A stretch of DNA of 64,000 bases, from the NCBI GenBank assembly GCA_033442325.1, contig JAWQFM010000006.1, positions 1,095,054-1,159,053 on the forward strand. The letters run 5' to 3'. This DNA is from Salpingoeca rosetta (Eukaryota; Protista; Choanoflagellata). Positions within the stretch are counted from its first letter, which is position 1; every line of letters starts with the position of its first letter. Below, piece after piece: positions 1 through 21,062 of this stretch. The notes beneath the pieces are model-generated. The model was given only the letters and a program-made list of their open reading frames with translations. It was not told where the DNA came from and did not search any database. Position numbers and translations under genes: made by a program.

Positions 1-362
1 TGAGTTGACTGACCAGCACCGCCAGACCAGAACAGGCCGACATATGGACGGGACGGATCGTCCGGATCGCGGACACACACGCCGCTGGCAACCGCACGCG
101 CGTACTCGGGGTGGCTGTCGGCAAGCAGCCACGGCTTGATGTTGGGCAGCACGCGCATGTGCGCCTGTGAAGGAAAGAGGAGGATGATGCGTGTGCACGG
201 TGAAGGTGAGGGAGCGGATGGCACACGCTCGCACACACACATGCACAGACACGGGGACATGGAAGCAGAAGGCAACGAGAACAAGACGTGGTGATGCAAA
301 GAGGCGATGAAGGAAGAAGTCAAAGAACATACATACACACACATACACACACAGACAGACAC

Positions 363-393
<31 letters not shown>

Positions 394-2478
394 CAGACAC
401 ACACACACACACACCTTGTTGAAGTGGTCGAACATGGCGTGTGGATCCGGAATCCGGCGTGCGTTCCAGTTGAAGACGCATCTTGGCCCAAAACCGCCGT
501 CAGCGCCGTCCACGCACGTGTATCCTTTTCCGCAGCGCCAGCAAGGTATAGGGAAGGGAAATGAGGTGTGGGGTGGGAGGTGGGAGCAGAGCTTGATATG
601 GGGGATGAAGGTTGCAAACTCAAAGGTAAAAGTACACACGAACAGATAAATACACAAACAAACAAACCAACCAACCAACCAACCAACCAACCAACCAACC
701 AACAAACCAACAAACCAACAAACCAACAAACAAGCACATGAGATTGACCTGAGGAGAGGTGGAAGCCGTCGCAGAGAATGTCATGCGAGTGGCAGAGGGA
801 CACAAACTTCTTCAGCTGCTCCTGCGCATCGGGCGCCTCTGTGTATGCCATTGTGCTGCCAAGATAGCCTGCACCCACCCACACACACCCAGCACACGCA
901 CATGTGAGCGAGAGTGGGGGTAGACAAGAAGAAGCAGAGCACACACACACACACACACACAGACATGCACACACACACACACAGACAGACAGGCACATAC
1001 ATGCTCACACGAAACCCTTTTCCCGTCACACGACGACAGCAGCTAATGCGGCTCACCGAGGCACCAGCGAGGCGGCATGAGTGGCCGGCCAATCAGTCGT
1101 GACACATCCTGCACCACAGACTTCAGATCTGAAACAGTGCGACGATTGGGAGTGGGTGAAGAGAGAACAAAGCAAGAGTGCATGGCGATGCATTTTGAGT
1201 GCTTGGTGTGATATGCACGTAAAGGGAAACAAACGCGCACAAACACACAGATAGACAGACAAGCAGGCAGACACACACACAGACACACACAGACACACAC
1301 AGACACACACACGCACACACACCCTGGCCGAAGATCATGTAGTACTCGAGGTCGCCGTCTTCAAACTGGGTGTAACGGTACGAACCGCGGAACGCGCTAA
1401 TCTCACTACCAAGGTCCATGACACCACGCGCAGAGGAGTCGTACACCATCGCATACCATCCCAGGCTGGCGCCAAGCTGCCGCGAATCGCTGCTTTCTTC
1501 CTGCGTCGAGAACGCGGGTGACGTGACGGATGTGGGCGAGGTTGGCGATGCCGTGTCGTCATGCTCGACGCTGTCCAGCAGTTTGTGCAGCATTGCGCTT
1601 GTTGTGCTGCGCTGGTACTCCTCGTCCTCCTCGCCCAGCGGCGGCTGTTGTGCCGCTGCATCAGCGTCTGCCGGCGGGGAGCGCACGTTGACAAACACAA
1701 TGGGACAGTGCTTGTACAACGGCCCGGAGACCTGGCGGTTGGTGGGATCGCAGGAATAGCCCATGGCGTCAATGGCATCCAGACGCACGCGCGTGCCGTA
1801 GCGGTTGATGCGGCCAGCCGCCTCGCCCAGACCAAAGTACGCCTCCTCCTGCGCGCTGCGCCGCTCCATGTAGTGTGTCACGCTGCCGTGGCCCTGGTGG
1901 TCGCCATCGCCGCCGCTGTGACCAACACCGCGGTCGTACGTGTACGGCGAGCTGGGGAGGTCGCGGGCCACGAGCGCATCCTTGAAGTGCCATGCCAGTG
2001 CTGGGGGCTCGCCCGGCTTGGCGGTCGCAGACACGCGCACAGATGAGCTGCTCATGCTCCAGCCCGATCCCTTCTGGTTCTCGCAGACAACATTCACTGC
2101 CTCGCTTGAGCCAGAAAACAGATCGTCCCGCCGCGACCCATGCACACGCAGAAATTCTGCGCCAGGGTGTCCCTCATCCAGGAACCCCGTGGCCACACTC
2201 TGGCTGCACGGCTTCTCTGCATCATCATCATCATCATTGGTGGTTGTGGTGGTGCGGGTTGTTGGATCGTGTGTTGGATCGATAATCCAGGAGCGATCCA
2301 CGCGCCGCTTTCCATCGGGGCACAGCGTTACCCGCACAATGTGATCCTCCACAAACTGGACGCGCAGCTCTTCCCCTCTCGCTCCTCGAATCACGCCAGC
2401 GCCAGCGCCAGCGGCACCATCGCGGCCATCCTTGCCGTTGCTGTCGCTGGCAACCAGCAGTGGCACAACCCGCGACAT
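1..2478 (-). CDS. Glycoside hydrolase family 31 alpha-glycosidase (Aec37-like subgroup); 5' part, continues past window start; multi-exon
   Basis: ATG at 2478 (MSRVVPLL). Exon 1 (to about 1323) has YFGLGE...DAMGY...PLYKHCP...DGDLEYYMIFG. Downstream exons read LIGRPLMPPRWCLG, YLGSTMAYTEAPDAQEQ, HDILCDGFHLSSG, VFNWNARRIPDP and VLPNIKPWLL..HPEY, all typical of GH31. Confidence 0.9.
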
Positions 2479-2711
2479 CTTGTTGCTTCTTCTTCTGCTG
2501 TTGTGCTGTGATTTGTTTGCAGAAAATCTATTGAAAGTTTCAACAAATTGTCGTGCCACTTTCTGGACTCGCATTTGCTGCTGGCGGATTTGGTGTGCAC
2601 GTGTGTTTGTTGTTGCCTGTGCTGCTGAGGTGCTTGTCTTTGCGATCCTTGCTTGTTGGCTCGTGTGCGTGTTGCTGTTCTTTTTGGGAGTTGACGGGCT
2701 GTTGGGGTAAG

Positions 2712-5540
2712 ATGCGACTGCGCAGCAATCTGAGCACCAGCCCTGGTGCCAACCGTGCGGAGGTGCCACCGAGCACGGCAACACGCAGGCGCACGCGTCG
2801 CCGCAGGGAGCTTGAAGAGCAGGAGGAAGGCAGCGAGCAGACGGTGGAGCAAACGCCTGTGAAGGCAACAGCAACCAAGACACCCAAGAAGAGCACTGCG
2901 AAGCGGCGCACAGCGACCAAGAAGACCAAGAAGACGCCGAAGAAGACGGAGCAAGAAGCCGAGGCAAGTAGCCAAAACACAGACGGCCAGCAGAAGCAGA
3001 AGCAGGAACAGGGTGATGTTGATGGTCACAAGGACTCCTCAAACGCGTCTGGGGAGGCGTCGCCGCCGCACACACCGACTCGCACACCCGCAGCCAGGAA
3101 ACACCCGCCACCACAGACCGCCCGGCGATCATCGCGCCGCACCCGCGACGTGCCGGAGGACAACTGGGTGCAGGAGGCGACATCTTCGCCAGTGCTGAAC
3201 CGCAAGCAGAACATGCGTCGCCTGAACTTGGATGAGGAGGACGACACGGAGGCGAAGGCCCCAACTTCAGATGACAGCGCTGGCGAGCAGGCGCAGAAGG
3301 AAGCAAAGAAGACCAGCAAAACGCCAAAGAAGAAGCAGAAGAAGAAGCAGGAGAAGAAGCAGGAGCAGACACAGAGCAGCGCAACAGCAGCATCCACACA
3401 GTCCAACGTGGAGGCCGCCAATGACCAGAGCGCAGCACAGAAGAAGGCAGTAAAGACGAAGCAGCAGCCTGCAAAGGATACAGCCAACAACGGGAGCAGT
3501 GCTGGTGCTGTTGATTATGTTGATGACGACGATGCGCCTGCGGAAGTGAGCCTGGGTGTCAGTCGTGACGCCGTCTTGCAGCGACTCGCAGCAGAGAAGG
3601 CCGCCGCAAAGAGGTTCGCATTGCAGTGTGCGGTGTGTGTGTGTGTGATTATGTGTGATTGTGTGTGTGTGTGTCGTCGTGTTAAAAGGAGTTGTTTGTA
3701 GTGTCGCGTGCTGTGTGCAAAGTGATCTCACCACATTGTCTTTGCGTCCTGTTTGTGTGCAGGATTGATGACCGCCGGAGAGCGCGTGTGCGCGAAGCCC
3801 GCGAACGCCGCAAGTACGAGTCGACGCTTTGAGAGATGGCGGGGATGTGCAAGGGAGCGAGTGTGCTTGTGTGCGTGAGATTGGGTGATTGTGTGTGCGT
3901 GTGGTTGTGCTTGCGTTTGAAGGGGGAGCAGGTGGAGTTGTGCAATGCGTTGAAAGAGATTTTTGGGCGTGCAGCGCAAGCCACAACCAGAGACAACGGC
4001 AACACGGCCTCACAGCATGGCTTGACTGTGGACGCGTGTGTGTATGTGTGTGCGGGTGTTCAGGGCGCAGAAGGCGAATTCGAAGGAGACGCAGCTGCTT
4101 GATCCCGCCATGCTCGAGCAGCTGGAGCAGGAGCACGGCCACGAAACCGGTGCGGGCAAGAGAGCGAGAGAGCGAGAGAGAGTGTGTGTGTGTGTGTATA
4201 TGTGTATATATGTGCATGTGTTTATGTGTGTATATATGTGTGTGTATGTGTGTATGTGTGTGTGGTGCTTTGGGTGCGTGTTTTGGAAGCGCGAGTTTAA
4301 GTGGCTGTGACTGCCAAACACGCGTGACTGCATGGTTGCAGCTGTTGTGGTTGTTGATGTTGTATTTCTGACGCCCACGTCACACTGCACATTGTTACAC
4401 TGCAGTGATCCCGGCGTATGCTGGGCAGCGCGTGGTGTTTGATGATTCAGAGGACGAGGACGAGGACGACGAACGCGCACGCATGCAGCTACAAGGTGGG
4501 GGATGCTCGTTGCTGGAGAGAGGCAGGGAGAGAGTTTGTGTCTCTGTATGAGGCTGTATGCGTGTGTGACTGTGCGTGAGTGACCTTGTGTGTGCGTGTG
4601 TGTGTGTGTGTGGCTCAACTTGAATGAGGGTGGGCACGCGAGCTGTATGCGCAATCCTCACGCATGCCTTCTTGTTCTGCTCTCTCATCCCAATGGCCAG
4701 ACTTTGATGAGGACGAGGACGAGGACGATGAAGACGATGGCGAGCTGCCCACGAAGAAGACGAAGCGCAAAAGTAACATCACACACACACACACATGCAC
4801 GCACACACACGCACACGATTGCTGCTTGTTGGTGGTGCTTTGTGTGAGTGTCGGTGCTTGCTTGCCTCGTGTCTGCCTGACCACCAGCTGACGACCAACT
4901 GCTTCGCTGCTGCATTTACAGACGGCCTTGTGTTCCGGCGCGGCGGCCTCAAAGTTGTGGTGAGTGGCCAGTTGGTGGTGGTGGTGGTGGTGGTGGTGGT
5001 GGTGGTGGTGGTGGTGGTGGTATTGATTTGTTCTTGTTGGAGAGGGGATTGGGGATGGAATGGGAGGAAGTGGTGTTGGTGACAGCTCTGTTGCGATATG
5101 TGCTCGTGCTGGATACCCGCATACAGTTCTTCACATGCTCACTTACACACGCACACACGCACACACACACATGCACATGACTGTGCAGTCGCTGAAGGAG
5201 CGCGAGGGCGTGCTTGGGCGCAAGACAAAGCCGTCCACGCTCAAGTTCATGCGCAAGCAGCGGCTCGGACAGGAACAGCGAAGATGTATGTGCAAGTTTG
5301 TGTGCGGGTGGATGCGGTTGTGTGCACGATCGGTGCGTGTTTGCGGGGTGTGGAGGTGAAAGACGTAAAACCAATGGGTGCTTGCTTGACCCGCCCTTGA
5401 GACAGGCTCGCGCATCCCTGCCGTTCTTACCATGTTCCTTTTTGGTTGTGATTGTGCGTGTGATTGTTCTGTTGCATGCAGCGCACTTCCGGCGAGCGCG
5501 GCGCATTGGCAGCATGGCCGCCAACTTTGGCCGCCGCTAA
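2712..5540 (+). CDS. NOL7/Bud21(Utp16)-like U3 snoRNP/SSU processome protein with long low-complexity K/T/E-rich N-terminus; multi-exon
   Basis: DDDDAPAEVSL followed by a charged helix, then LLDPAMLEQLE, resembles the NOL7 pattern DDEAPEEL...LLPDTILEKL. Acidic tracts and a basic C-terminus end ...GSMAANFGRR* at 5540. Confidence 0.6.
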
Positions 5541-5865
5541 CCGACGACTTGATAAAGGAGGAGGAGGGGAAGGGAACGGGGTGGTGTGGTGAAGAGGATG
5601 GGGAAGAGGGGGCTGAGTGCTTGAGATTGTTTGTTTGAGGTGCCGGGGCGGGGGTTGTGGTGCGAGCAGAGGACGGTTGAATTGACATAGACAGTAAATC
5701 AACGAGCAAAGAAGCCGTGCAAGCAGGACGAGGGGGTTGCTTTCTTCAGTGTGGTTGGTTGTGAGCAAGGGTTGTTGTGCATGTCAACCCACGGCATTGT
5801 GGACGATTCGCTGTCATTTCCTGTAGTTTTCGGCAATTCGGAGGACAACAACAACCATCATCATC

Positions 5866-13558
<7,693 letters not shown>

Positions 13559-14020
13559 CCTTATGTGTGTGTGCGTGTTTCCTGCATTGTAATGTTGTAC
13601 GTGTATGCGCAGGCTCAACCCTCTCCGCTTTACTGTTCAAGCCGTCTCCTTTGTGTTCTTTCCCATGCGGACGGCTAGGCTGTTTACATTTGAATTTGAA
13701 AGACATACAATACTGCAACAAGCACGCCAGCGAGCAAGCGAGCAAGCCAGCATGCAAGCAATGATACAATCGAAATGGGAGTCGCTGTTGGCTGTTGTCA
13801 ACGCGCAAAGGCCCACTACGGCACGCTCGACAGCGGCAGCGAAGGTTAGACAAAGCAGGTGGTAACTGCAGCTTTGTCAGGTTGCTCGGTGAAATCGATA
13901 ACACAACTTCGACAAGTAGGCAGGCAGGGCAGAGCAGAGAAATGCAAGAGTTCGCGCGCATTGTGGTGTCATCAAGAGAAAACGGAATACCCCCTTCCTC
14001 CAATTGACGACGCCAATGAA

Positions 14021-14243
14021 TCACTTCAGGAACAGAAGGTAGACGCCGGTGGCTAAGCAGGTGAGGCTCACGAGCCAGTGTAATCTAACCCCAATCACGG
14101 CACCTGCCCATGCATCAAGGAGCATCCTCCGGGTGAGAGCTGGTGAGAGCGGCCATGGAACAGGACCAATGCAAGGAGTGGAAAGAAGCGGTAACAACAT
14201 AGCCACTGTTGCAGACAAAACAGAACCGTGGGCACATGGGAGC

Positions 14244-14310
<67 letters not shown>

Positions 14311-15085
14311 GCTGTCCTTCACTCTACTGTGATTGGCGCAGTGCTGGCGTTCGAACAAGTCCACACAAGCTCAACACACACTGTCTTTCTGGTGCAGTCC
14401 TGCATGAGGTGCCATGCATGCACACTCACACGCACCTTTGTACAAGACGCCGAAGAAGCCTTGTTTCTCAGAGAGGAAGAAGTCCTTGAGGCGGGGCACG
14501 CGCTTGATGTATGCACAGGTGCAAATCATCAGCAGCACAAACACCACCATGCCATCCATGTGGTACACTGCGTTCGATTATGTGAGAGTGATGTGAGTGG
14601 GGATGGAGTGGAGGGGGGGGGCAAGGGGTAAGAGGTGGGGTGGAGTGGGGATGGGGTGGGGATGGGGTGAAGGAGGCAGGGATTAGCAGACAGACACAGA
14701 CAGACAGGTCGACAGACAGACACACACACACACACATACACACACACACAACACATACACAGAGAACACAGACAGACAGACAGACAGACAGACAGACCCA
14801 AACACACACATACACACACTTACACACACACACACACACACNNNNNNNNNNNNNNNNNNNNNNNNNNNNNNNNNNNNNNNNNNNNNNNNNNNNNNNNNNN
14901 NNNNNNNNNNNNNNNNNNNNNNNNNNNNNNNNNNNNNNNNNNNNNNNNNNNNNNNNNNNNNNNNNNNNNNNNNNNNNNNNNNNNNNNNNNNNNNNNNNNN
15001 NNNNNNNNNNNNNNNNNNNNNNNNNNNNNNNNNNNNNNNNNNNNNNNNNNNNNNNNNNNNNNNNNNNNNNNNNNNNNNNNNNNNN

Positions 15086-15152
<67 letters not shown>

Positions 15153-15168
15153 GCTGACCATTCGCCAT
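14021..15168 (-). CDS. TMEM167B: Protein kish-B (TMEM167B), small secretory-pathway membrane protein; 3 exons
   Basis: Exons 15168-15159, 14567-14436 and 14103-14021 give MANVYHMDGMVVFVLLMICTCAYIKRVPRLKDFFLSEKQGFFGVLYKGAVIGVRLHWLVSLTCLATGVYLLFLK*, closely matching the kish-B pattern. Confidence 0.92.
14202..14312 (+). repeat. (GTT)n microsatellite in kish-B intron 2
   Basis: Long gtt run at about 14244-14311. Confidence 0.8.
14842..15085. other. Assembly gap (N run) inside a CA microsatellite in kish-B intron 1
   Basis: Run of n flanked by (CA)n. Confidence 0.99.
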
Positions 15169-15261
15169 CCTTGCTTCTTGTTTGTTGCTGTTGTTGGCGA
15201 TTGGTGGAAATCATTCACACGTTTCTACAAGCACGCTGCACACAAGACGACGACGAAGAAC

Positions 15262-15565
15262 ATGGCTGATGCACGAGTTGATGGACGGAAGGCAATGGAG
15301 TTGCGCCCAATGCAGTGCGACTTGGCGTTGCTGGACAAGCCGGATGGCTCTGCCTCCTTCTCCTTTGGCGACTCATCTGTGATGGCAGCAGTCTATGGTG
15401 TGTGTATGTGTGTGTGTGTGAGTACACATGGTGTGCATGTGTGTGTGCATGTGGATGTCTAAGTCTGTCTGTTCCGCACCTCCACTGTGTCTTCAATCGC
15501 AACTCAGCCATCTCACATGCGGCACCTCACACACACACACATCCACACACACATACGTACACACG

Positions 15566-15604
<39 letters not shown>

Positions 15605-16529
15605 CCACCAGGGCCTCGGGACGTGCCGTTGAGCAGAGAAAAGCACGACAGATCAACGGTGGAAGTCGCTTGGCACTCGGCGCCTGTACGTTTGGAGACC
15701 TGTGATGTGTGCGAGAACGGCACGCGGATTTGAGGGTGGAGGGAGGCGGATATGCATAATGCATGACGCACTGACTCGCAAGGTCATTGCCTGCACCGCC
15801 ACACTCACACAACCTCCATTCGTGTCATCTCTCTCTCTCTCTCTTCCTGTGCATGCGTGTGACTTTTCTCCTTGTTTTGGTTTCCAATCCCCCCCCCTCC
15901 AAGGATAACGAGCAAGGCGCAGCGCTGCAATCTCATCTGACCGAGTTTGTTGTCAACGCGCTGGCTAGCATCCATGACTTCCCGCGGTCCGCGATCCGTG
16001 TTGTCATTCAAGAGCTGAACAACGACGGTGGCATGCTGGCCTGTGCCATCAACGCCACGTGCCTTGCGCTCATGGATGCCGGCATCTCGCTCACCGCCAT
16101 GTTTGCTGCCGCATCATGCGCTGTGGTGGATGGCCAGCTCATCCTGGACCCCACCCTCATCGAACAGAACGTGAGTGATGGTAAATGTGTTTGTATGCGT
16201 GTATGTATTTGTGTGTGTGTGCGTGTGTATGTGTGTGTGTGTGTGAAAGAGGACGGTGTGTAGAAGCTACTCGTGAGCTGCGTGCATTGCGACTGAATCT
16301 TGTTTTCAGGCGTCCTTTTGACGGCGATTTCCTTTGTTCATGCGTCTGCGCTGCCTACGATGACAGAAGGCGAATGCTGTTGTCGTCACGGGCGCGTGTA
16401 AGCAGGCATCGAAGGTCAACGCTGCGGAGTTTGTCGCCCTACACTCGTCCGGGCCCTGTGCTCCCAAACAGGTGCAGCCCGTTCACTGACCCACGTCTTG
16501 CATACACACACACAAGCACACACACACAG

Positions 16530-16599
<70 letters not shown>

Positions 16600-16765
16600 A
16601 CACACACACACACACACACCAGAATATGCTCACCTCCAGCATATCCTCCTCTCGTCCTCCCCCCCCCCCCGATTTCCCTTTTGCCAGATGGTGACGGTGC
16701 TCGAGGCCGTGGAGAGCGCAACTGCCGCAGTGGCCGCGTTTTTGCGAACAGCAAAGAGCAAATGA
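15262..16765 (+). CDS. EXOSC5: Exosome complex component RRP46 (RNase PH fold); multi-exon
   Basis: DGRKAMELRPM..L..PDGSASFSFGDSSVMAAVYGP; FPRSAIRVVIQELNNDGGMLACAINATCLALMDAGI; LILDPT; stop at 16763-16765. Confidence 0.9.
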
Positions 16766-17370
16766 GGCAACTTGGCGCCGGTTGCTGGCACGCATGCACG
16801 TTGGCACCTACGCAAGCAGGCACTGATGTACTGAAAAGATGCCCCGAAAAGGACCCGCGTCACCCACCTGCACACACACACACACACATTCACACACGTT
16901 CACACACACATTCACACATTCACACATTCACACACACCACACACACACACACCACACACACACACACACACATACACACCCATTCACACACACACACACA
17001 TTCACACACACACAGTGTCCTCTCTGTTGCCCGCCATTTTGTTTTTGTCAGTTGCGCTTTGACAAGTTAATTGGACGTCATAGGTTGATTTGGTGGTCGC
17101 TCTCGTGTACATATGATGAGACTGCAACCGCCGTTTCCTTCAAATACAACACAGCCAGTCGCACAATCCGTCACGTCAACATCAATCTGTCAAATGCACG
17201 AGATGCACACCACCGCCAAAGAATACCAACCACAGTTCCAAGCAACAACACCAGCGTCAAAGCATGGCTCAGCACATCCCAACGGACCACACCACACCCC
17301 AGCATCCCATCCCATCCCAACACCACACCCCAGCATCCCATCCCAACACCACACCCAGCATCCCGTGTGA

Positions 17371-19140
17371 TCACATCGCATCACTCGCGTCGCGGCGCTG
17401 CGCGTGTGCGTGCAGTGCATTGATGACAGCGGTGAGCAGGTGGCGGTGGCGGCCCGCTGCTGCCACTTGGCTGCTTGCATCCACGCCGTCGCAATCGCGG
17501 TGTACACCGGAGGAGAGGGCACGCGCGAGACGGGACAGCTGCTGGCAGAACAGCGGAAACGAGAGGAGGGGTGGGGCGGATGCAAATACAGAGGCGACAT
17601 CATCACCCTCTCGCAGCACCACACGAGATGAATGGGACGCAGGCTCACTACCACCATCCCTGGGGAGCGCAGTGAGCGTGGGGGCGCATGCAGTGGCGAG
17701 TGAGGCGAGGGCTGTTGCTGGGACGACGAGAAACACGAGCAGGCGCCGCGCAACAGCGGGCGATGCTCTGACGGCGAGCAAGCGAAACAAGTGTGACGCC
17801 TCTGCAGAAAAGAAAGGGTTGCGCTCAACAGCCATTGTCGTCAGCGATGTCAGCGGTTCAAAGTACTCAGCACTCAACTCCGGCGCTGCTGCAGTCTCTG
17901 TTGTGGATGCAGTTGCGGTTGCAGCTGTGCTTGTGCGCATTGCTGTTGTTTGACGTTGTGACGTCGTTGCTGAAGGTTGGGAGAGGGTGGTTGTACGTAT
18001 GTCGTGGCACAGCTGCTCTTCAGCTCCAGCCAGCGACTGCTGCTCAAGCTGCACAGCCACCGCGTGCTCGTTTTGCGCACGCACTTCCTTGTCTCCCACA
18101 CCTCTCCCATCCCGCTCTCCTGGCTGCGATGGCACATGTTCCTGTGCCTGTACGTGTGTCTGCGCGTGTGCCGTTGGTGTTGGGCATTGGCAGAGGGAGC
18201 GGGAGATGTGCACGTCTGACGGGTTCACGTCCTCCCCGCCATCAGCCGCCATCATCTCAATCGTCGGCACTACCACGCTCGCCGTCATCGCCGCCGCCGT
18301 CGTTGTTGTTGTTGTTGCTGCTGCTGCTGTTGGCGCTGCTACTGCTGCAGTGGTTTGTGCTGCGGGCGCATGTGGTGGCGGTTGAGGTGGCGCTGTCACG
18401 GGTGTCGGCCACTTCATCACGCTCAATTTCGTTGCTGTGCCGCTTGATGCGCGCGCGCGTGTGTGTTGTTGAGCACTGGCCTCTCGCTGCCCACCACCAC
18501 TACTAGCACCACTGCTACTACCATTGGTGGTCGCTGTTGTCTTTGGGCGCCAGCGAAACACGGGCTGCCGTCGTGTTGGCGAGGATGGTGTTGATGTTGA
18601 GAGGGGCGACGGTGGCAGCTGGTGCTGTGGCAGCGCTGGTGGCGCCACGGGGAGTGCTGGCGTTGATTGCGACAGCAGTGATGCTGCGGTGGTGGTGGTG
18701 GTGGTGGTGCTGTTGTTGTTCAGTGTCCAGGTTGCAACGCGTGTGTGCATGTGGGCCATCATCTGCTGGACGAGGGGCGCCTTGATCACCCAGTCGGTTT
18801 TGGTGTCGCACAGCAGCGACGGGTTGTTGTTGATCTCCAGCACCCACGGGTGTCCTTCCTCGTCAAACATCACGTCAAGTCCAAGCATGTGCATCACGGT
18901 GCTTCCTCCATCGCCATGTGTGCTCCCGCCTGGCCCCAGGATCGCGTCGGCGCCTGTTGCCACCATCCCCGCCAGGCCCGCCAGTGTGTGCGAAACGCAT
19001 GCGTGCAAGCGCTCTTGCAAGAGACGGATGTCGTGTCCTTCGCGTTCTAAACGCGCCCACACCAGCAGCAGGTTTTGTTTCGTGTGTGTCTCCAAGTCCT
19101 CGGCAGCCACATGCTTGGAGTCTTGTCGTTGTTGTTTAAC

Positions 19141-19211
<71 letters not shown>

Positions 19212-19225
19212 GCTGTTGTTGTTGC

Positions 19226-19297
<72 letters not shown>

Positions 19298-20625
19298 GGC
19301 TTTGTTTGGCGTCGTTGTCGCTGTGACGGCTGCTGAAACTTCTTGCCTCGCTTGCCTTTCCTTCCAGACCCCCTTACCTTGACCTTCGCCTTCACCCCAA
19401 CACTACCATCACCACCATCACCACCATCACCATCACCGTGCGTGTCGCTGCCAGCAGTGTGCTCGCGCTCTGCTGCGAGGGCATCGCCTGGTGCGTAGCC
19501 GGTCGACGCCTCCGCAACGAATGCGCGGCTGTCCTTGTTGAGGTGGTAGTTTGTGAGGTGCATGAACACGTTTGCGTCGTTGTCCTGGGAGGGGCGCGCG
19601 TACGGGGCGGTGCAGAAGCGAACCAGCCCGTCACGGTACAGATACGCCCGCAGCGGCTGCACGCTCGTCACCACCACATACAGGCGAAAGTCAAACTTGA
19701 GCCCCCGCAGCAGCATGGGCCGGGCAATGTACTCCTGCACCACCTGGCGGAACACAAACGCCGCGTCGCACAGGTCTTCACCGGTCCACAGCTGGATGCC
19801 GGTCCCACCACGTGCTGCGTAGGGTTTCGTGATGTAGTACGCGCGCGGATCGCGGTGGGGCGGCAGCTCCTCCACCCACGTCCTCGGCAGCACCCGCGGC
19901 GCATCCGGATTCAGCTGCGATCATAGCACATGTTGTGTGTGTTGTGTTGTGTGTGTGTGTGTGTGAGTAAGTGAAGGTTGGCGGCTGCGCTTGTACGTTT
20001 GGTGCTGTGTGTGTGTGTGCGTGTGTGTGGGTGCGTGAGGGTCAGTTCATGTTGCTGGTGCTAGAGCGTTCGTCCCACTGTTCATGTCATTTGTGCCGTT
20101 TGTAAGAGGCGGCGTTGACCGCAAGAGGGAAGTGCGATTCACGCGACATGGACGTACTTCAGTGTAGAGGTTGAGCAGCTGTGCAAAGTTGGATTTGATG
20201 AGGGCTTCGCGACAGCGTGGGATGCGGTTGGCAATGCGCCCGGGCACTGGCAGGAGGCATGCGGTGTAGAACTTGTCGCGCACATCTTTCACCCCGGCGA
20301 ACCAGGCAATGTCAAAGGTGTCCATGCGCCTGCATGCCACTCGCATTCCCAACTGTTCTGCTGCTCGCAGAATCACAGGGTGTCGAGGTGTCTGCAGACC
20401 ATTCGGAAAGGAGGGTATTGATTGGTTCGTTTGAACGTGTGCGTGTGATGAATGTGTGATGAATGTGTGATGAGTGTACAAGGTGTGCAATGTGCGTGCG
20501 TGTGTGCATGTGTGTGTTTGCGTTCGCTATGTGTGGGAGGTTGAAGGTAAACACCAACAAACAGTCAAACATGCACACACTGCACACACACACACACACA
20601 CATCACACATCACACACACACATCG

Positions 20626-20669
<44 letters not shown>

Positions 20670-20866
20670 ACCTTTGTGAATCGAGGGTGGAAATGCCCCA
20701 GGGTGAGGCCACGACCAATCTTCTGCCTAACGGCTGCATTGAGTTGGTTCACTTGTTCTTGTGCAGGGTTACTGCCCCACTCAAACGGCGGCAGCTGCGG
20801 GCGTCGGCGTACCACTGCGTCTGCAGCAGGCACGTGCTGCTCACCTTGGCCGTCCTCATCCGCCAT
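17371..20866 (-). CDS. Tubulin-tyrosine-ligase-like (TTLL) protein, probable tubulin polyglutamylase; poly-Q insertion and long low-complexity tail
   Basis: YITKP....GTGI, VVQEYIARPMLL.GLKFDFRLYVVVTS..PL..YLYRDGLVRFC, HLTNYHLNK, LGLDVMFD...PWVLEINNNPSL. Upstream exons at about 20157-20410 and 20672-20866 (MADEDG...). Confidence 0.88.
19140..19296 (-). repeat. (CAA)n tract of about 50 codons encoding poly-Gln inside the TTL domain
   Basis: ttg-repeat run on the + strand, in frame in ORF 17371..19893. Confidence 0.85.
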
Positions 20867-21062
20867 CGCGACGTTGGGTGTGATGAGACACGATGATCTC
20901 GATGTCCGGTTGCCCAACGTGGACAGCACAAAATGCAGTGTTACGAAACCGGTGGTGGATATGTCACATCAACTTTTGCCCTTGTGCGAAACATATAATT
21001 TGGTGCGCATTTCGTTCTGTGTTTTGGTTGCTTGCCTCTGGAGAAGTAGACAGGCGGATATC

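Noticed and set aside
2479-3474. N-terminal 330 aa of the 783-aa ORF 1123..3474
   Set aside because: Antisense to NOL7-like exon 1; GH31-like sequence starts only after the ATG at 2478.
13559-14020. Microsatellite-poor, more AT-rich spacer between the Roco and kish-B genes
   Set aside because: No convincing ORF, terminal repeats or RNA-gene fold; consistent with two convergent 3' UTRs.
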